A stretch of 58,253 nt of DNA from a virus (taxonomy: Duplodnaviria; Caudoviricetes). The notes below the pieces were generated by a model. That model worked only from the letters and a program-made list of their open reading frames with translations. It had not been told where the DNA came from and ran no database searches. Of the stretch, positions 18,501 through 27,440 are shown in pieces. The stretch spans positions 1 through 58,253 of the IMG/VR virus record IMGVR_UViG_3300037510_000086, one strand, 5' to 3'. Position numbers and translations under genes: made by a program. Numbering within the stretch: position 1 is the stretch's first letter; each line of letters starts with the position of its first letter.

Positions 18501-20831
18501 CCGCCAACCGCTCCTCTTGGTGCTGTCGCCATTCTCGGCGTCGCAGTCGCACTCAAGATGATCGCCCAGACTCTGAGCGATTTCGCGGCGTTCAGTTGGG
18601 AGGAGATCGGCAAGGCAGTCCTGATGCTGTTCTCCACTCTGGCTCTCATTTCGGCTGCTCTGCTGCTGATGTCGGCCAGTGTTACCGGGGCTGCTGCATT
18701 GTTGATTGTCGCTGCGGCTCTTGCGATATTGGCGCCGGTTCTCCAGCAGTTCGGTCAAATGTCTCTTTCCGAGATCGGTAAGAGCATATTGATGCTGGCA
18801 GGATCGCTTATCGCACTTGGTGTTACGGCGGCGATTCTGGGTGTGCTGTCTCCACTGATTGCGGCATTCGGTATCGCCCTGGGAATCGTCGGCATCGCTC
18901 TGCTTGCGGCCGGTACAGGAATGTATCTGTTCGCATCCGCTCTGGCCGTCCTGGCCGCTGTCGGTACGGCAGGTACAGCAGCGATCATCGGGATCGTAAG
19001 CGGTCTGATCGGTCTCATCCCCAAGCTCATGGAAGAGATCGGTCTGGGCGTTATCGCCTTCGCCAAGGTGATTGCCAAGGCGGGACCGGCGATATTCCAG
19101 GCGATGACAACGGTGATCGGCGCCTTGATTGATGCCATTGCCAAGCTCACGCCGAAGATCGTGTCCACTCTTCTACGTATGCTCACCATGCTTCTCCAGA
19201 AGCTGGCTGAGTATGTGCCGAAGATGGTTGACGCTGGTATGCGCTTGATTACCGGTGTCTTGAACGGCATCGCCAAGAACATCGGTAAGATGGTCACAGC
19301 GGCCACCAATGTCTGCGTCAACTTCCTCAACGGCATATCCAAGAATCTGCCGAGGATCATCGACGCTGGTATCAAGCTGATCATTTCCTTTGTCAACGGC
19401 GTGGCCAATGGCATTCGGAGAAATCAGTCGGCCATGAACGCTGCTGGCCGTAATCTGGCATCCGCAATCGTCGAGGGTATGATCTCTGGTCTGAAGTCTG
19501 GACTCAGTTCGGTTATTTCTGCGGCGAAGAACATTGCCAGTTCGGCTATCAGTGCCGCCAAGAGCGTGCTGAAGATCAACTCACCTTCCAAGGTGTTCAT
19601 CGCCATCGGTAAGTCCGTCAACGAGGGCTTCGCCAAGGGCCTCAAGAGCGGTGACAAGGACAAGGTCGACAAGGCCTTCGACGACATGAAGAAGCAGTTG
19701 CATGATCTGTCGAAGAGCGCTAAGGCTACGTCCGCCGAGAGGAAGAAGGCAGCTGCTGCCTACACGTACTTGACGAAGAACCTGTCTGACGAGCACAAGA
19801 AACTCGATCAGCTCAACGACAAGTACGATCAGTACACCGAGAAGATCAACAAGGCCAAGCAGGCACTCGAAGACGCCAAGAAGACTCGTGACGACTACAA
19901 CAAGTCGATCCACGACGAATTCGCGGCGCTTCCCTCGATCGATTCGAACACCACGGCCGCGAGTTACGAGAAGGACCTCGCGGATCAGATCGAGAAGACC
20001 AAGGAGTTCTCGGCCGCCCTTCAGCGACTCCGCAAGATGGGTCTCAACGACACGGCTTACAAGGATCTGCTCTCCAGGGGCATATCTGCGTTGCCGTTCG
20101 TCAACGACCTTCTCAAGCAGGGCCAGAATGGCGTCAACGAGATCAACAGCCTCGACAAGCAGCTTGAGACTGTTGCCTCCACGCTTGGCAAGACGGCATC
20201 GACCGAGCTGTACCAGGCCGGTGTCAACGCTGCCGAGGGCCTCGTCAAGGGTCTGGAGAAGCAGCAGAAGGCCATCCAGCACCAGATGGACCAGATCGCT
20301 GACTACATGGTCAAGCAGATCAAGAAGAAGCTCGGCATCAAGTCCCCGTCTACCGTCATGGCCGAGGTGGGCGGTTTCGCCGCCAAGGGTCTCATCAAGG
20401 GTCTGGACGGAATGGCCGCCGAGGTCGGCAAGTCCGCCGAGGGCACAGGTCAGGCAGCAGTGGACTCGCTCAAGAAGTCGATATCCGGCTTCTCGGACCT
20501 GATCACTGGACCGGTCGATATTCGTCCTGTCATCGCTCCGGTGCTGGATCTGTCGAGTGTCAAGAAGGACGCAGGTCAGATCGGAACCATGCTGGGTCGT
20601 TCGCCGATCTCGGTGGACGGTTCGTATGCCAAGGCTGCGGCAATCGCCAACGCCAGAATGGCCGCGGAGGAAGCTCTGGCGGATATTCGCGGGACCGAGA
20701 CGCCTTCCATGACATTCATCCAGAACAACACTTCGCCGAAGGCACTTTCTTCGGCGGAACTCTACCGGCAAACCAACAACCAACTGTCTAGGGCGAAGGG
20801 AGCTCTGTCGACAAGTGCTAACAAGAGTTGA
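15519..20831 (+). CDS. Tape measure protein
   Basis: 1770 aa, Ala/Gly/Leu-rich helical repeats, hydrophobic middle, LKINSPSKVF and LGIKSPSTVM motifs. Confidence 0.95.
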   Translation: MSSIDERIVRLKFDNQAFEQGIARSRDSLGRFTKQLETPASGKGLDNVSNAITKVRDGLGRFASESQKDFGEVDAASKKLSLEHIGNGVQSIADKFKALSVVGVTALATITSQAVSSGLQFAKSFTFAPIMDGFHEYETNLGSIQTILANTQASGAKLKDVEAALNDLNHYSDQTIYNFSEMAKNIGTFTAAGVDLKTSAASIKGIANLAALSGSNSEQASAAMYQLSQAISSGRVSLEDWNSVVNAGMGGTVFQRALAQTAEKMGTLSDGAVKLSGKMKNVSINGKSFRESITAKPGQESWLTSKVLTATLQQFTGDLSDAQLKAEGFSASQIKAIQAQAKTAKEAATQVKTLTQLFDTTKEALGSGWAQTWQTIFGDFTEAKGLFTDISTSIGKVISNSSNARNKMLADWKNAGGRDALIQGIAASVGALSSVLKPIKNAFREIFPPTTGKQLADFTKGFRDFAKSLIIGKDTADKLKRTFAGVFAVFGIAWDVIKGVASVLAHLFGVVTHGSGGFLEITARIGDFLVGLKKAVESGDGLEKFFGGLGKVLAIPIKLLQEFGRWLAALFDGFDSSKAENGISGVTKKLGPFGKLLSLVRDAWGKLIDLVSRAGDIFGPISDNIASFMAGIGPALTNFFSGMNFNDVLNGINTGLFAGIVLLVKKFIDKIKGDGELASGFIDSITGPFEELTGTLSAMQGTLKATTLLEIAIAVGILTLSLSQLAKIDAEGLTRGSTAISVMLGQLLGSMAIFQKFIGTAGFAKMPFVMGSLILLAAAIDILASAVTKLAKLDWNGLAKGLTGVTVLLAGLLGVLKFMPNPSGMISTGLGLVILAGAIKILASAVADLSGLSWQELAKGLVGVGAILGALVLFTMFAKADAGGLAQGAGIILLASGIKILVSAVKDLSGMSWGSLAKGLVGLAGALAIITGALMLIPPTAGLSALGVLGVALSLGMIADALDQLAQMSWANIGSALTVMLGALAIIAAALIIIPPTAPLGAVAILGVAVALKMIAQTLSDFAAFSWEEIGKAVLMLFSTLALISAALLLMSASVTGAAALLIVAAALAILAPVLQQFGQMSLSEIGKSILMLAGSLIALGVTAAILGVLSPLIAAFGIALGIVGIALLAAGTGMYLFASALAVLAAVGTAGTAAIIGIVSGLIGLIPKLMEEIGLGVIAFAKVIAKAGPAIFQAMTTVIGALIDAIAKLTPKIVSTLLRMLTMLLQKLAEYVPKMVDAGMRLITGVLNGIAKNIGKMVTAATNVCVNFLNGISKNLPRIIDAGIKLIISFVNGVANGIRRNQSAMNAAGRNLASAIVEGMISGLKSGLSSVISAAKNIASSAISAAKSVLKINSPSKVFIAIGKSVNEGFAKGLKSGDKDKVDKAFDDMKKQLHDLSKSAKATSAERKKAAAAYTYLTKNLSDEHKKLDQLNDKYDQYTEKINKAKQALEDAKKTRDDYNKSIHDEFAALPSIDSNTTAASYEKDLADQIEKTKEFSAALQRLRKMGLNDTAYKDLLSRGISALPFVNDLLKQGQNGVNEINSLDKQLETVASTLGKTASTELYQAGVNAAEGLVKGLEKQQKAIQHQMDQIADYMVKQIKKKLGIKSPSTVMAEVGGFAAKGLIKGLDGMAAEVGKSAEGTGQAAVDSLKKSISGFSDLITGPVDIRPVIAPVLDLSSVKKDAGQIGTMLGRSPISVDGSYAKAAAIANARMAAEEALADIRGTETPSMTFIQNNTSPKALSSAELYRQTNNQLSRAKGALSTSANKS

Positions 20832-21639
20832 CGTTAGTACGCCTCAGGGCGACCTGCTCAGCTTCCAGCTCGACGACGAAGAGGCATCGTTCCTCGTTCA
20901 GAACATCGACGGGTTGGACCCGGTAAAGGCGACGCTCTCGTCGTCCAGCTATGCCGGGATAGACGGAGCGCAGTTTCAGTCAGCTCGACGAGAGGCGAGG
21001 AATCTCGTCTTCACCGTAGGCCTCAATCCCGATCCTCTGACGGAGTCGGTGCGAGGCCTACGGCTTCGTCTGTACAACTTCTTCATGCCGGGCACCCAAG
21101 TGAACCTCACGTTCTATGACGACGAGGGTCCTACGGTGACCATATCCGGCGTGGTGGAAGACGCTCCATCGCCCCTGTTCACACAGGAACCGGCGATGAA
21201 CATCTCCATCACATGCTTCAAGCCGGATTTCATCGATGTGACAACCACTCATATCGGCGACGGCATGACTACCTCAGGCAACACCGGTAGGAACTTCTCC
21301 TATCAAGGAACCTCGAAGACGGGGACCGTGATCACGCTCAACGTGAACCGCACGCTGACCGACTTCACGATCTACCATCAGCCGCCGAACGATCTGCTTC
21401 GGCAACTCGATTTCTCGGCATCTCTTGTCGCCGGTGACGTGCTGACCCTCAGTTCCGTCACCGGCGACAAGAGGATAACCCTGAACAGAGGCGGCACTGA
21501 GTCCTCGCTCCTGTACGGCATGTCTCCCCAGTCTCAATGGATCGAGTTCATGCCCGGCAACAACGTCATCACCTTCTACGCGACAGGAGCGGGGGTTCCG
21601 TTCACCCTTGACTACGTAGCCAAATACGGAGCGCTGTGA
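20815..21639 (+). CDS. Distal tail (Dit-like) protein
   Basis: Immediately after tape measure; C-terminal PGNNVI. Confidence 0.7.
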   Translation: MLTRVDVSTPQGDLLSFQLDDEEASFLVQNIDGLDPVKATLSSSSYAGIDGAQFQSARREARNLVFTVGLNPDPLTESVRGLRLRLYNFFMPGTQVNLTFYDDEGPTVTISGVVEDAPSPLFTQEPAMNISITCFKPDFIDVTTTHIGDGMTTSGNTGRNFSYQGTSKTGTVITLNVNRTLTDFTIYHQPPNDLLRQLDFSASLVAGDVLTLSSVTGDKRITLNRGGTESSLLYGMSPQSQWIEFMPGNNVITFYATGAGVPFTLDYVAKYGAL

Positions 21640-22856
21640 TGGAGCTTTACACACTCGATCCCCTCCTCCGTAGAGAGTACGTGGTCGAAGAGTACGAGTC
21701 GCTCATCTGGACCGAGAGGTTCCAGCAGTATGGCGACTTCCAGATCGATATCGCTTCGAGCTACAAAGCTCGTAGTCTTCTGAAGCCCGACACATATTTG
21801 GCCTTGAACAAGTCCAATTACGTGATGAGGATCGAGTCTGTCGAGGACGACGTCAGCGATGACGGTCAGAAGATGCTCGTCGTGAAGGGTCGTTCGCTGG
21901 AGGCTCTCCTCTATGATCGAGTCGCATATTTGATCAACGCGGCGACCCAGACGAGCACCACTGATCCGGTAACGGGTGACGTGACCACGACCGATGTCAA
22001 GTGGACGATCACGGACAAGCCCGCAGACGTCTGCCGGAAGATCTTCCACGATATTTGTGTCACCGGGACGCTCGATCTCAATGACGTGATCCCCTTCATC
22101 AATGAGGGGACTTTCATGCCAGCCGACACGATCGTGGAACCTACCGACCCGATCACGGTCGAGATCCAGCCGACGACGGTCTATGAAGCGATCGAGCAGA
22201 TTGCCAAGGTCTGGAACCTCGGATTCAGAATGCTTCGCCAGTACGACATGTCGAAGCTCTGGTTCGATATTTACGTCGGAAGCGATCGGACAACTGCTCA
22301 GACTGTTCTGCCCGCTGTGGTCTTCGCACCCGAGATGGACAACTTGCTCAACACCAAGGAACTGAAGTCCGTCGAAGGAGCGAAGAACGTAGCGTACGTA
22401 TATTCTCCGGCTGGTTTCCAAATGGTCGTTGCTGATGGCGTAGACCCTGATGTGGACGGTTTCGAGCGTCGAATACTCACGGTAGACGCTAGCGACATCA
22501 CCACTGATTCCGTAACCGATGTTGTTGCGGCTTTGCAGCAGCGCGGTTATGAGGAGTTGGCCAAGAATCGTACGTATCAAGCGTTCGACGGAGAGATCAG
22601 TCAGGACAGCCAGTATGTCTACGGAAGGGACTACAACCTCGGCGACGTGGTCGAGACCCGAAACGTAGACGGAATCACCAACAACATGCGGGTGACTGAG
22701 CAGATCTTCGTGGACGACAAGGAAGGCGAGCGGTCGTATCCGACACTGACCCTCAACACCTTCATCAACACTGGTTCTTGGCTGTCTTGGACCAGCAACA
22801 AGGCATGGATCGACTTCGACGCGGATCTTGATTCCGTCTGGGGTAACCAGCCCTGA
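21636..22856 (+). CDS. Minor tail / baseplate hub protein (ReqiPepy6 gp37-like)
   Basis: YESLIWTER...GDF N-terminus; YGRDYNLGDVV C-terminus. Confidence 0.75.
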   Translation: MMELYTLDPLLRREYVVEEYESLIWTERFQQYGDFQIDIASSYKARSLLKPDTYLALNKSNYVMRIESVEDDVSDDGQKMLVVKGRSLEALLYDRVAYLINAATQTSTTDPVTGDVTTTDVKWTITDKPADVCRKIFHDICVTGTLDLNDVIPFINEGTFMPADTIVEPTDPITVEIQPTTVYEAIEQIAKVWNLGFRMLRQYDMSKLWFDIYVGSDRTTAQTVLPAVVFAPEMDNLLNTKELKSVEGAKNVAYVYSPAGFQMVVADGVDPDVDGFERRILTVDASDITTDSVTDVVAALQQRGYEELAKNRTYQAFDGEISQDSQYVYGRDYNLGDVVETRNVDGITNNMRVTEQIFVDDKEGERSYPTLTLNTFINTGSWLSWTSNKAWIDFDADLDSVWGNQP

Positions 22857-22877
22857 TATTCGTAAGGGAGGTTTGAC

Positions 22878-23117
22878 ATGGCAGTCGGAGATGCAGCAAA
22901 TGCCGCCGGTTATCCCACTGTTCCGGATACCGGCGAAGAAGGACGAGTTCGCTGGGGTGGCCGGGAGATCAACCGGACCCGAGACTTCATCGCTCTGGTG
23001 AAGGCTCTCATCCCCACCGGCAAGGGTGCTTACCGAACCGCAGCAGGTATTTCCTCGGGAACCGCTGATCCGACCGGCGGTAACGACGGAGACATCTACT
23101 TCAAGATCATCGGTTAG
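22878..23117 (+). CDS. Small minor tail protein
   Basis: GGGAGG RBS; SGTADPTGGNDGDIYFK motif typical of fibre-associated proteins. Confidence 0.65.
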   Translation: MAVGDAANAAGYPTVPDTGEEGRVRWGGREINRTRDFIALVKALIPTGKGAYRTAAGISSGTADPTGGNDGDIYFKIIG

Positions 23118-23125
23118 GTGGTGTC

Positions 23126-24121
23126 GTGACCGACTGGGACAAGGATACTGGTGCCGGTGGAACACTTCGGATACGCGATCTCGGATCGACCGTCGAGTTC
23201 TGGTTCAAGGCCGCATATTCCAGCGACTGGTACAACGGTCTGGATTTCAGCTATACGGTAGACGGTGATACGACCAGAAAGTCGATCAACTACCCTACCG
23301 GAGCTGACTGGTACAAGGTGGGGTCCGACACCGCCACCTACAACCAGACGGTCACGTTCAAGTTGCTCACCGACACAAACATTTCTGGCATCGGTGGGCC
23401 AGCTACGTTCAGCCACACGGTTAGCCGAGATTCAGCGCCGAGTGCGCCAAGCACGCCAGCTATAACCGGCATCAAGGCGACTTCAGTAGTCGTCACATTC
23501 AAGGACGGTTCAAATGGCGGAGACGCCATCGATGCCCGTCAGATCAGGTACGACAACAACTCGGATGCGTCGTCACCCACGACCGTCAGTTCCGACGGAT
23601 CGACGACAATTTCGGGTCTTTCGCCTGGAACGACTTATTACTTCTGGGCGCGTACTCACAACTCGGTGGGTTGGAGCTCCTGGTCGGGTAGGGCCAGTGC
23701 AAAGACCCAAGCGGTCCCCACGGCACCGCAAGCTCCGCTTCTGTCGAGCGTCACAGCAACAACGGTGGACGTCGCCTTCTATCCCAACAATGACGGCGGC
23801 AGCACGATCACGGCTTGGCAAATCGGATGGACACCGGCGGCTCCCTGGGACCCCACCCCTCCGAACATTGTCTCGGCGTCATCGCCTCAAGTACTCACAG
23901 GTCTAACCCCCGGTACGACGTACTACATATTCGTCAGAGCCCTAAACTCTGTCGGTTGGAGTGCGTGGTCAAAGCCCACGATGATGAAGACCGTGGCTGG
24001 GGCCTATATTCTGGTTGGGTCCACTTGGAAGCTGGCTGTTCCCTACGTGAACGTCGGCGGTACGTGGAAAATGGCAGAAGCATGGGGCCGAGTCGCAGGA
24101 ACCTGGTCAAGGACAACTTAA
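23126..24121 (+). CDS. Minor tail protein with two fibronectin type III domains
   Basis: GLSPGTTYYFWARTHNSVGWS and GLTPGTTYYIFVRALNSVGWS. Confidence 0.85.
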   Translation: MTDWDKDTGAGGTLRIRDLGSTVEFWFKAAYSSDWYNGLDFSYTVDGDTTRKSINYPTGADWYKVGSDTATYNQTVTFKLLTDTNISGIGGPATFSHTVSRDSAPSAPSTPAITGIKATSVVVTFKDGSNGGDAIDARQIRYDNNSDASSPTTVSSDGSTTISGLSPGTTYYFWARTHNSVGWSSWSGRASAKTQAVPTAPQAPLLSSVTATTVDVAFYPNNDGGSTITAWQIGWTPAAPWDPTPPNIVSASSPQVLTGLTPGTTYYIFVRALNSVGWSAWSKPTMMKTVAGAYILVGSTWKLAVPYVNVGGTWKMAEAWGRVAGTWSRTT

Positions 24122-24165
24122 CAAGGGCAGTCTCTCATCGCGGGGAAAAATAGGGGAGGATATTT

Positions 24166-24558
24166 GTGGACAACTGGCTCCAGATTGTCCTGACTTCGGT
24201 CAGCACTGTTCTTGCGTCGTCAGGCTTCTGGGCCTACCGAAGCAGTAAGAACAGCGCAAAGGGCGCAACGACTCGTCTTCTGATGGGTATCGCGTACGAG
24301 CACATCATGACGTTCGGGGTCGCCTATATCCGCCGAGGCTGGGCTACAAGGGACGAGTACGAAGAACTTCGTAAGTACTTCTTCGAACCCTACAAGGCTC
24401 TCGGTGGAAACGGCTCCGCAGAGCGGGTCATGAACGAGGTCGAAAAGCTTCCGTTCGGTCCTACCGCTCAACAGTATGAAGCGACATTCCACAGCAGAGA
24501 GCCCAGGGAGATCAATGACATCCGAGTCGTCGCACGCCAAGCAGACACCGATGCTTAG
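24166..24558 (+). CDS. Membrane protein of the lysis region
   Basis: N-terminal hydrophobic segment; YKALGGNG motif common in holin-adjacent proteins. Confidence 0.65.
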   Translation: MDNWLQIVLTSVSTVLASSGFWAYRSSKNSAKGATTRLLMGIAYEHIMTFGVAYIRRGWATRDEYEELRKYFFEPYKALGGNGSAERVMNEVEKLPFGPTAQQYEATFHSREPREINDIRVVARQADTDA

Positions 24559-24901
24559 CGACAGCGCATACAACGTCGTCAAGAAGAGCGCCACGATCGT
24601 CTTTCCGGCACTGAGCGCTCTGTACATCGCGATAGCACAGATCTGGAATCTGGGACACGTCGACCAAGTTGTCGGAACGCTCACGGCAGTGAACACCTTC
24701 TTCGGGTTGATCATCCAGCTCTCGAAGAAGTCGTACTACGCGAGTAGTGCGCCGTACGTCGGGGAGATCCACGTAAAGAACGAAGGGGAACGGAAGGTGT
24801 TCTCTCTCGTTGTGGACGGAGACCCCGAGGAGCTTGAGAACATGAGCTCCGCCAACTTCAAGATCAACAGCGAAACGGGCGAGACGCCCATCGTTCAGTG
24901 A
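24551..24901 (+). CDS. Holin (Dp-1-like)
   Basis: MLSDSAYNVVK...PALSALYIAIAQIW; two TM segments. Confidence 0.75.
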   Translation: MLSDSAYNVVKKSATIVFPALSALYIAIAQIWNLGHVDQVVGTLTAVNTFFGLIIQLSKKSYYASSAPYVGEIHVKNEGERKVFSLVVDGDPEELENMSSANFKINSETGETPIVQ

Positions 24902-25284
24902 TGGTCTGGATACTTCTGGCTCATCTACTGGGCGACTACGTACTTCAGTCGGACTGGATGGCGAACGAGAAGACGAAGAAGTGGATTCCCGCGTGGGCTC
25001 ACGCGGTTATCTACGGTATTCCTTTCGTATTCATTACCCAGTCTACGATCGCTCTGTTCGTCATCGTAGTGACGCACGCAGTTATTGATCACTATCGTCT
25101 GGCTCGATACGTAGTGTGGGTAAAGAATTTCTTGGCCCCTCGATCTTGGTGGTACTCATGGTCTGAATGTAAGGCTACTGGATACCACGAGAGCAGGCCG
25201 CCTTGGATGACTGTCTGGCTGATGATCATCGCAGACAACACTTTGCATCTGATCATCAACGTCGTATCGGTACAATACCTGTGA
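24898..25284 (+). CDS. DUF3307-like membrane protein
   Basis: LLAHLLGDYVLQSDWMA, HAVIY, THAVIDH, DNTLH His/Asp motifs. Confidence 0.75.
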   Translation: MMVWILLAHLLGDYVLQSDWMANEKTKKWIPAWAHAVIYGIPFVFITQSTIALFVIVVTHAVIDHYRLARYVVWVKNFLAPRSWWYSWSECKATGYHESRPPWMTVWLMIIADNTLHLIINVVSVQYL

Positions 25285-25293
25285 TTCGTTGGG

Positions 25294-25324
25294 TCGCAAG
25301 AAAAACATCTGCTTAGATGAGACC
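25294..25324 (+). promoter_or_regulatory. 31-bp conserved element, copy 1 (putative phage-RNAP promoter)
   Basis: tcgcaagaaaaacatctgcttagatgagacc. Confidence 0.8.
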
Positions 25325-25342
25325 CTACGAAAGGAACACCAG

Positions 25343-25645
25343 ATGTACCGCTTCGAAAAGATCTTCAAGACCGACCCCTCCAAGCTGGAGGAGGAGCTCG
25401 CCGCCGTACTCGACTCGATGTCGAAGATGGATGACAAGACCAGCGAGGACTACGCCAAGCTCAACGACCAGTACAAGCAGCTGCATGCGCTGAAGGAAGC
25501 CGAAGTTTCCCACAAGCGCATCAGCCGCGATCAGATCGTTGCCGCCGCCGTACACCTCGCCGGGATCGTCGCCGTCATCAACTACGAGAAGATCCACGTG
25601 ATCTCCACCTCCGCCAAGACGATGGTCCTGAAGACTTTCAGGTAG
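25343..25645 (+). CDS. Small cassette protein with C-terminal hydrophobic segment
   Basis: AAAGGA RBS after element 1; ATG 25343. Confidence 0.8.
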   Translation: MYRFEKIFKTDPSKLEEELAAVLDSMSKMDDKTSEDYAKLNDQYKQLHALKEAEVSHKRISRDQIVAAAVHLAGIVAVINYEKIHVISTSAKTMVLKTFR

Positions 25646-25676
25646 ACATCCACCCTCCGACGTAAGTCAAAATGGG

Positions 25677-25720
25677 AAGCCATGTGAGAGCTAACACCTC
25701 TTACATGGCTTTTCGTTTTT
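25677..25720 (+). terminator. Intrinsic terminator
   Basis: aagccatgtgagag-ctaacac-ctcttacatggcttt followed by a T-rich tract. Confidence 0.8.
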
Positions 25721-25733
25721 TGCCTTTTGGTGG

Positions 25734-25764
25734 TCGCAGGGATTACACGCCTTTAAATGAGACC
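25734..25764 (+). promoter_or_regulatory. 31-bp element, copy 2
   Basis: tcgcagggattacacgcctttaaatgagacc. Confidence 0.8.
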
Positions 25765-25784
25765 CCTGCGAAAGGAACACCATC

Positions 25785-26009
25785 ATGTTCGTTATCGTGC
25801 CCAAGAACGACCCGCTCACCATCGTCGTGAAGGGTGACCGTTGGGACGCTCTCGGAACCCCTGGTTCCATCTATCACCAGAAGCTCTACAATCTGCTGGT
25901 GAGGATGGGCGGGATCAACGAGAGTGTCACAGACGGCACCTACCACTTCAACGTCGAGCGCGGACGCTTCTTCGTGGTTCGTGCGAAGCTGACCAAGGTA
26001 GAAAACTGA
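25785..26009 (+). CDS. Small cassette protein
   Basis: AAAGGA RBS; 74 aa. Confidence 0.8.
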   Translation: MFVIVPKNDPLTIVVKGDRWDALGTPGSIYHQKLYNLLVRMGGINESVTDGTYHFNVERGRFFVVRAKLTKVEN

Positions 26010-26019
26010 CCAGACCTCT

Positions 26020-26049
26020 AGCCCAAGCCCCTACATGGGGTTAGGGTTT
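26020..26049 (+). terminator. CCCC-TACAT-GGGG family terminator
   Basis: agcccaagcccctacatggggttagggttt. Confidence 0.7.
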
Positions 26050-26063
26050 AACTCTTTCGAAGG

Positions 26064-26094
26064 TCGCACGAAAAACAGCTGGTTTAGTGAGACC
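26064..26094 (+). promoter_or_regulatory. 31-bp element, copy 3
   Basis: tcgcacgaaaaacagctggtttagtgagacc. Confidence 0.8.
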
Positions 26095-26116
26095 TCTACG
26101 AAAGGAACTGACCGCA

Positions 26117-26380
26117 ATGCTCAAAGCGCTTGTTCGTTCACTGACGTTCTACGCTTTCTCAACCATCAACCTTATGTACGCCTACCGCGTCCTGAAGCGC
26201 GAAGTGACGAAGCTTGCCGAGACCGACAAGGCCGAGAACAAGTTCCACTACGTCGCCATCAGGCTCGCGCGCGGTGACTACAACGAGTTGAATGCGGAAG
26301 CGCTCGAACGTATGCGATACGACTTCAAGTTCAACGACATCGCCGCCCAGTATCACGCAGACGCCTACAAGAAGGACTGA
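26117..26380 (+). CDS. Small cassette protein with N-terminal hydrophobic segment
   Basis: AAAGGA RBS; ATG 26117. Confidence 0.8.
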   Translation: MLKALVRSLTFYAFSTINLMYAYRVLKREVTKLAETDKAENKFHYVAIRLARGDYNELNAEALERMRYDFKFNDIAAQYHADAYKKD

Positions 26381-26390
26381 CAGCAGTCAG

Positions 26391-26423
26391 AAGACCTAGG
26401 GCCCTACACGGGCTTTAGGTTTT
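26391..26423 (+). terminator. Terminator hairpin
   Basis: aagacctagggccc-tacac-gggctttaggtttt. Confidence 0.75.
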
Positions 26424-26428
26424 GCCTT

Positions 26429-26459
26429 TCGCGTAGAATACATGGGTTTAAATGAGACC
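26429..26459 (+). promoter_or_regulatory. 31-bp element, copy 4
   Basis: tcgcgtagaatacatgggtttaaatgagacc. Confidence 0.8.
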
Positions 26460-26480
26460 ACTACGAAAGGACCCTCAGCC

Positions 26481-26735
26481 ATGAAGGACTACGACCCCCG
26501 CGACCCGTTCGACCGGCTCATGGCAGCTACTGAGTTCACCCAGAACACCAAAGACTTCAACGAAAAGATGGACGCAATCCGGAAGCAGCAGGCGAAAGCC
26601 CGCGCTGAGGAGGACGCCCGCTTCGAACGAAGGATGCTGGTGCGAAAGGTTGTGAGGCTCGGTCTGCTGACCACTGCCGCCGTTCTGGCCACCAAGGCCA
26701 TCCGGAATGCTCAGAAGGAACCCGAAGAAAGCTGA
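26481..26735 (+). CDS. Small cassette protein (coiled coil plus C-terminal hydrophobic helix)
   Basis: AAAGGA RBS; ATG 26481; followed by hairpin tgaatccc/gggattca at 26749-26770. Confidence 0.8.
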   Translation: MKDYDPRDPFDRLMAATEFTQNTKDFNEKMDAIRKQQAKARAEEDARFERRMLVRKVVRLGLLTTAAVLATKAIRNAQKEPEES

Positions 26736-26780
26736 CCTCAACAGCCTCTGAATCCCCCACAAGGGATTCATGCTTTGTCT

Positions 26781-26811
26781 TCGCATGGATTACACGGGTT
26801 AATATGAGACC
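26781..26811 (+). promoter_or_regulatory. 31-bp element, copy 5
   Basis: tcgcatggattacacgggttaatatgagacc. Confidence 0.8.
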
Positions 26812-26831
26812 CCTACTAGATTGGACCCGCC

Positions 26832-27074
26832 ATGTTGAACCGATTCGCGATTCAGACCCGGCTCGTCAAGAACCCCAAGAAGAAGACTGTCTCCGAGAAT
26901 GACACCATGGCAGAAGCCGTTGGCGAATCCTCCGCACGACTCGTGAACGAGTTGGCGAAGGACTTCGTCAAGTACGCTGCCGGTGCCATCATCGGAGTGA
27001 TCGTCATCTCCACGGCCACTGACACGCTGAGGCAGATCGCCGTCAAGAAGACCAAGAGCGCCGACAACGAGTAA
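26832..27074 (+). CDS. Small cassette membrane protein
   Basis: YAAGAIIGVIVISTA segment; followed by hairpin cccc-gcaa-ggggttagggtt at 27082-27111. Confidence 0.8.
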   Translation: MLNRFAIQTRLVKNPKKKTVSENDTMAEAVGESSARLVNELAKDFVKYAAGAIIGVIVISTATDTLRQIAVKKTKSADNE

Positions 27075-27136
27075 CCACCTCAACCCCCGACCCCGCAAGG
27101 GGTTAGGGTTTAGCGTTCAAAATGGGAAGTGATTCT

Positions 27137-27253
27137 GTGAAAGCGCTACCGTACTATCTCGTGATCCTGGGGTTTCTCTCTTTGGTAGTCGGTGAATTCG
27201 CCTGGGCACTTTCCTTCTTCATAATAGCTTTCGCAACACGAGAGGGTTCGTAA
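27137..27253 (+). CDS. 38-aa hydrophobic peptide (below ORF-track cutoff)
   Basis: GTG start; KALPYYLVILGFLSLVVGEFAWALSFFIIAF; stop overlaps next ATG. Confidence 0.55.
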   Translation: MKALPYYLVILGFLSLVVGEFAWALSFFIIAFATREGS

Positions 27254-27384
27254 TGGAAAGAAGCAAGACTTGGTTCGTGGCGATGTGTTTCATCGTCGTC
27301 GGAATCGTTCTGCTTGTGAACGGCTGGTTCTTCACCGGGGCGATGCTCCTCCTTCTGGGGTGCGTGTTGAAGCTGGCTGACTGA
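27253..27384 (+). CDS. 43-aa two-helix membrane peptide
   Basis: MERSKTWFVAMCFIVVGIVLLVNGWFFTGAMLLLLG; GAGGG RBS. Confidence 0.6.
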   Translation: MERSKTWFVAMCFIVVGIVLLVNGWFFTGAMLLLLGCVLKLAD

Positions 27385-27389
27385 GAAGG

Positions 27390-27420
27390 TCGCACGAAAA
27401 ACACGCGTTAATATGAGACC
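27390..27420 (+). promoter_or_regulatory. 31-bp element, copy 6
   Basis: tcgcacgaaaaacacgcgttaatatgagacc. Confidence 0.8.
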
Positions 27421-27440
27421 TCTATCGATTGGACATCACC

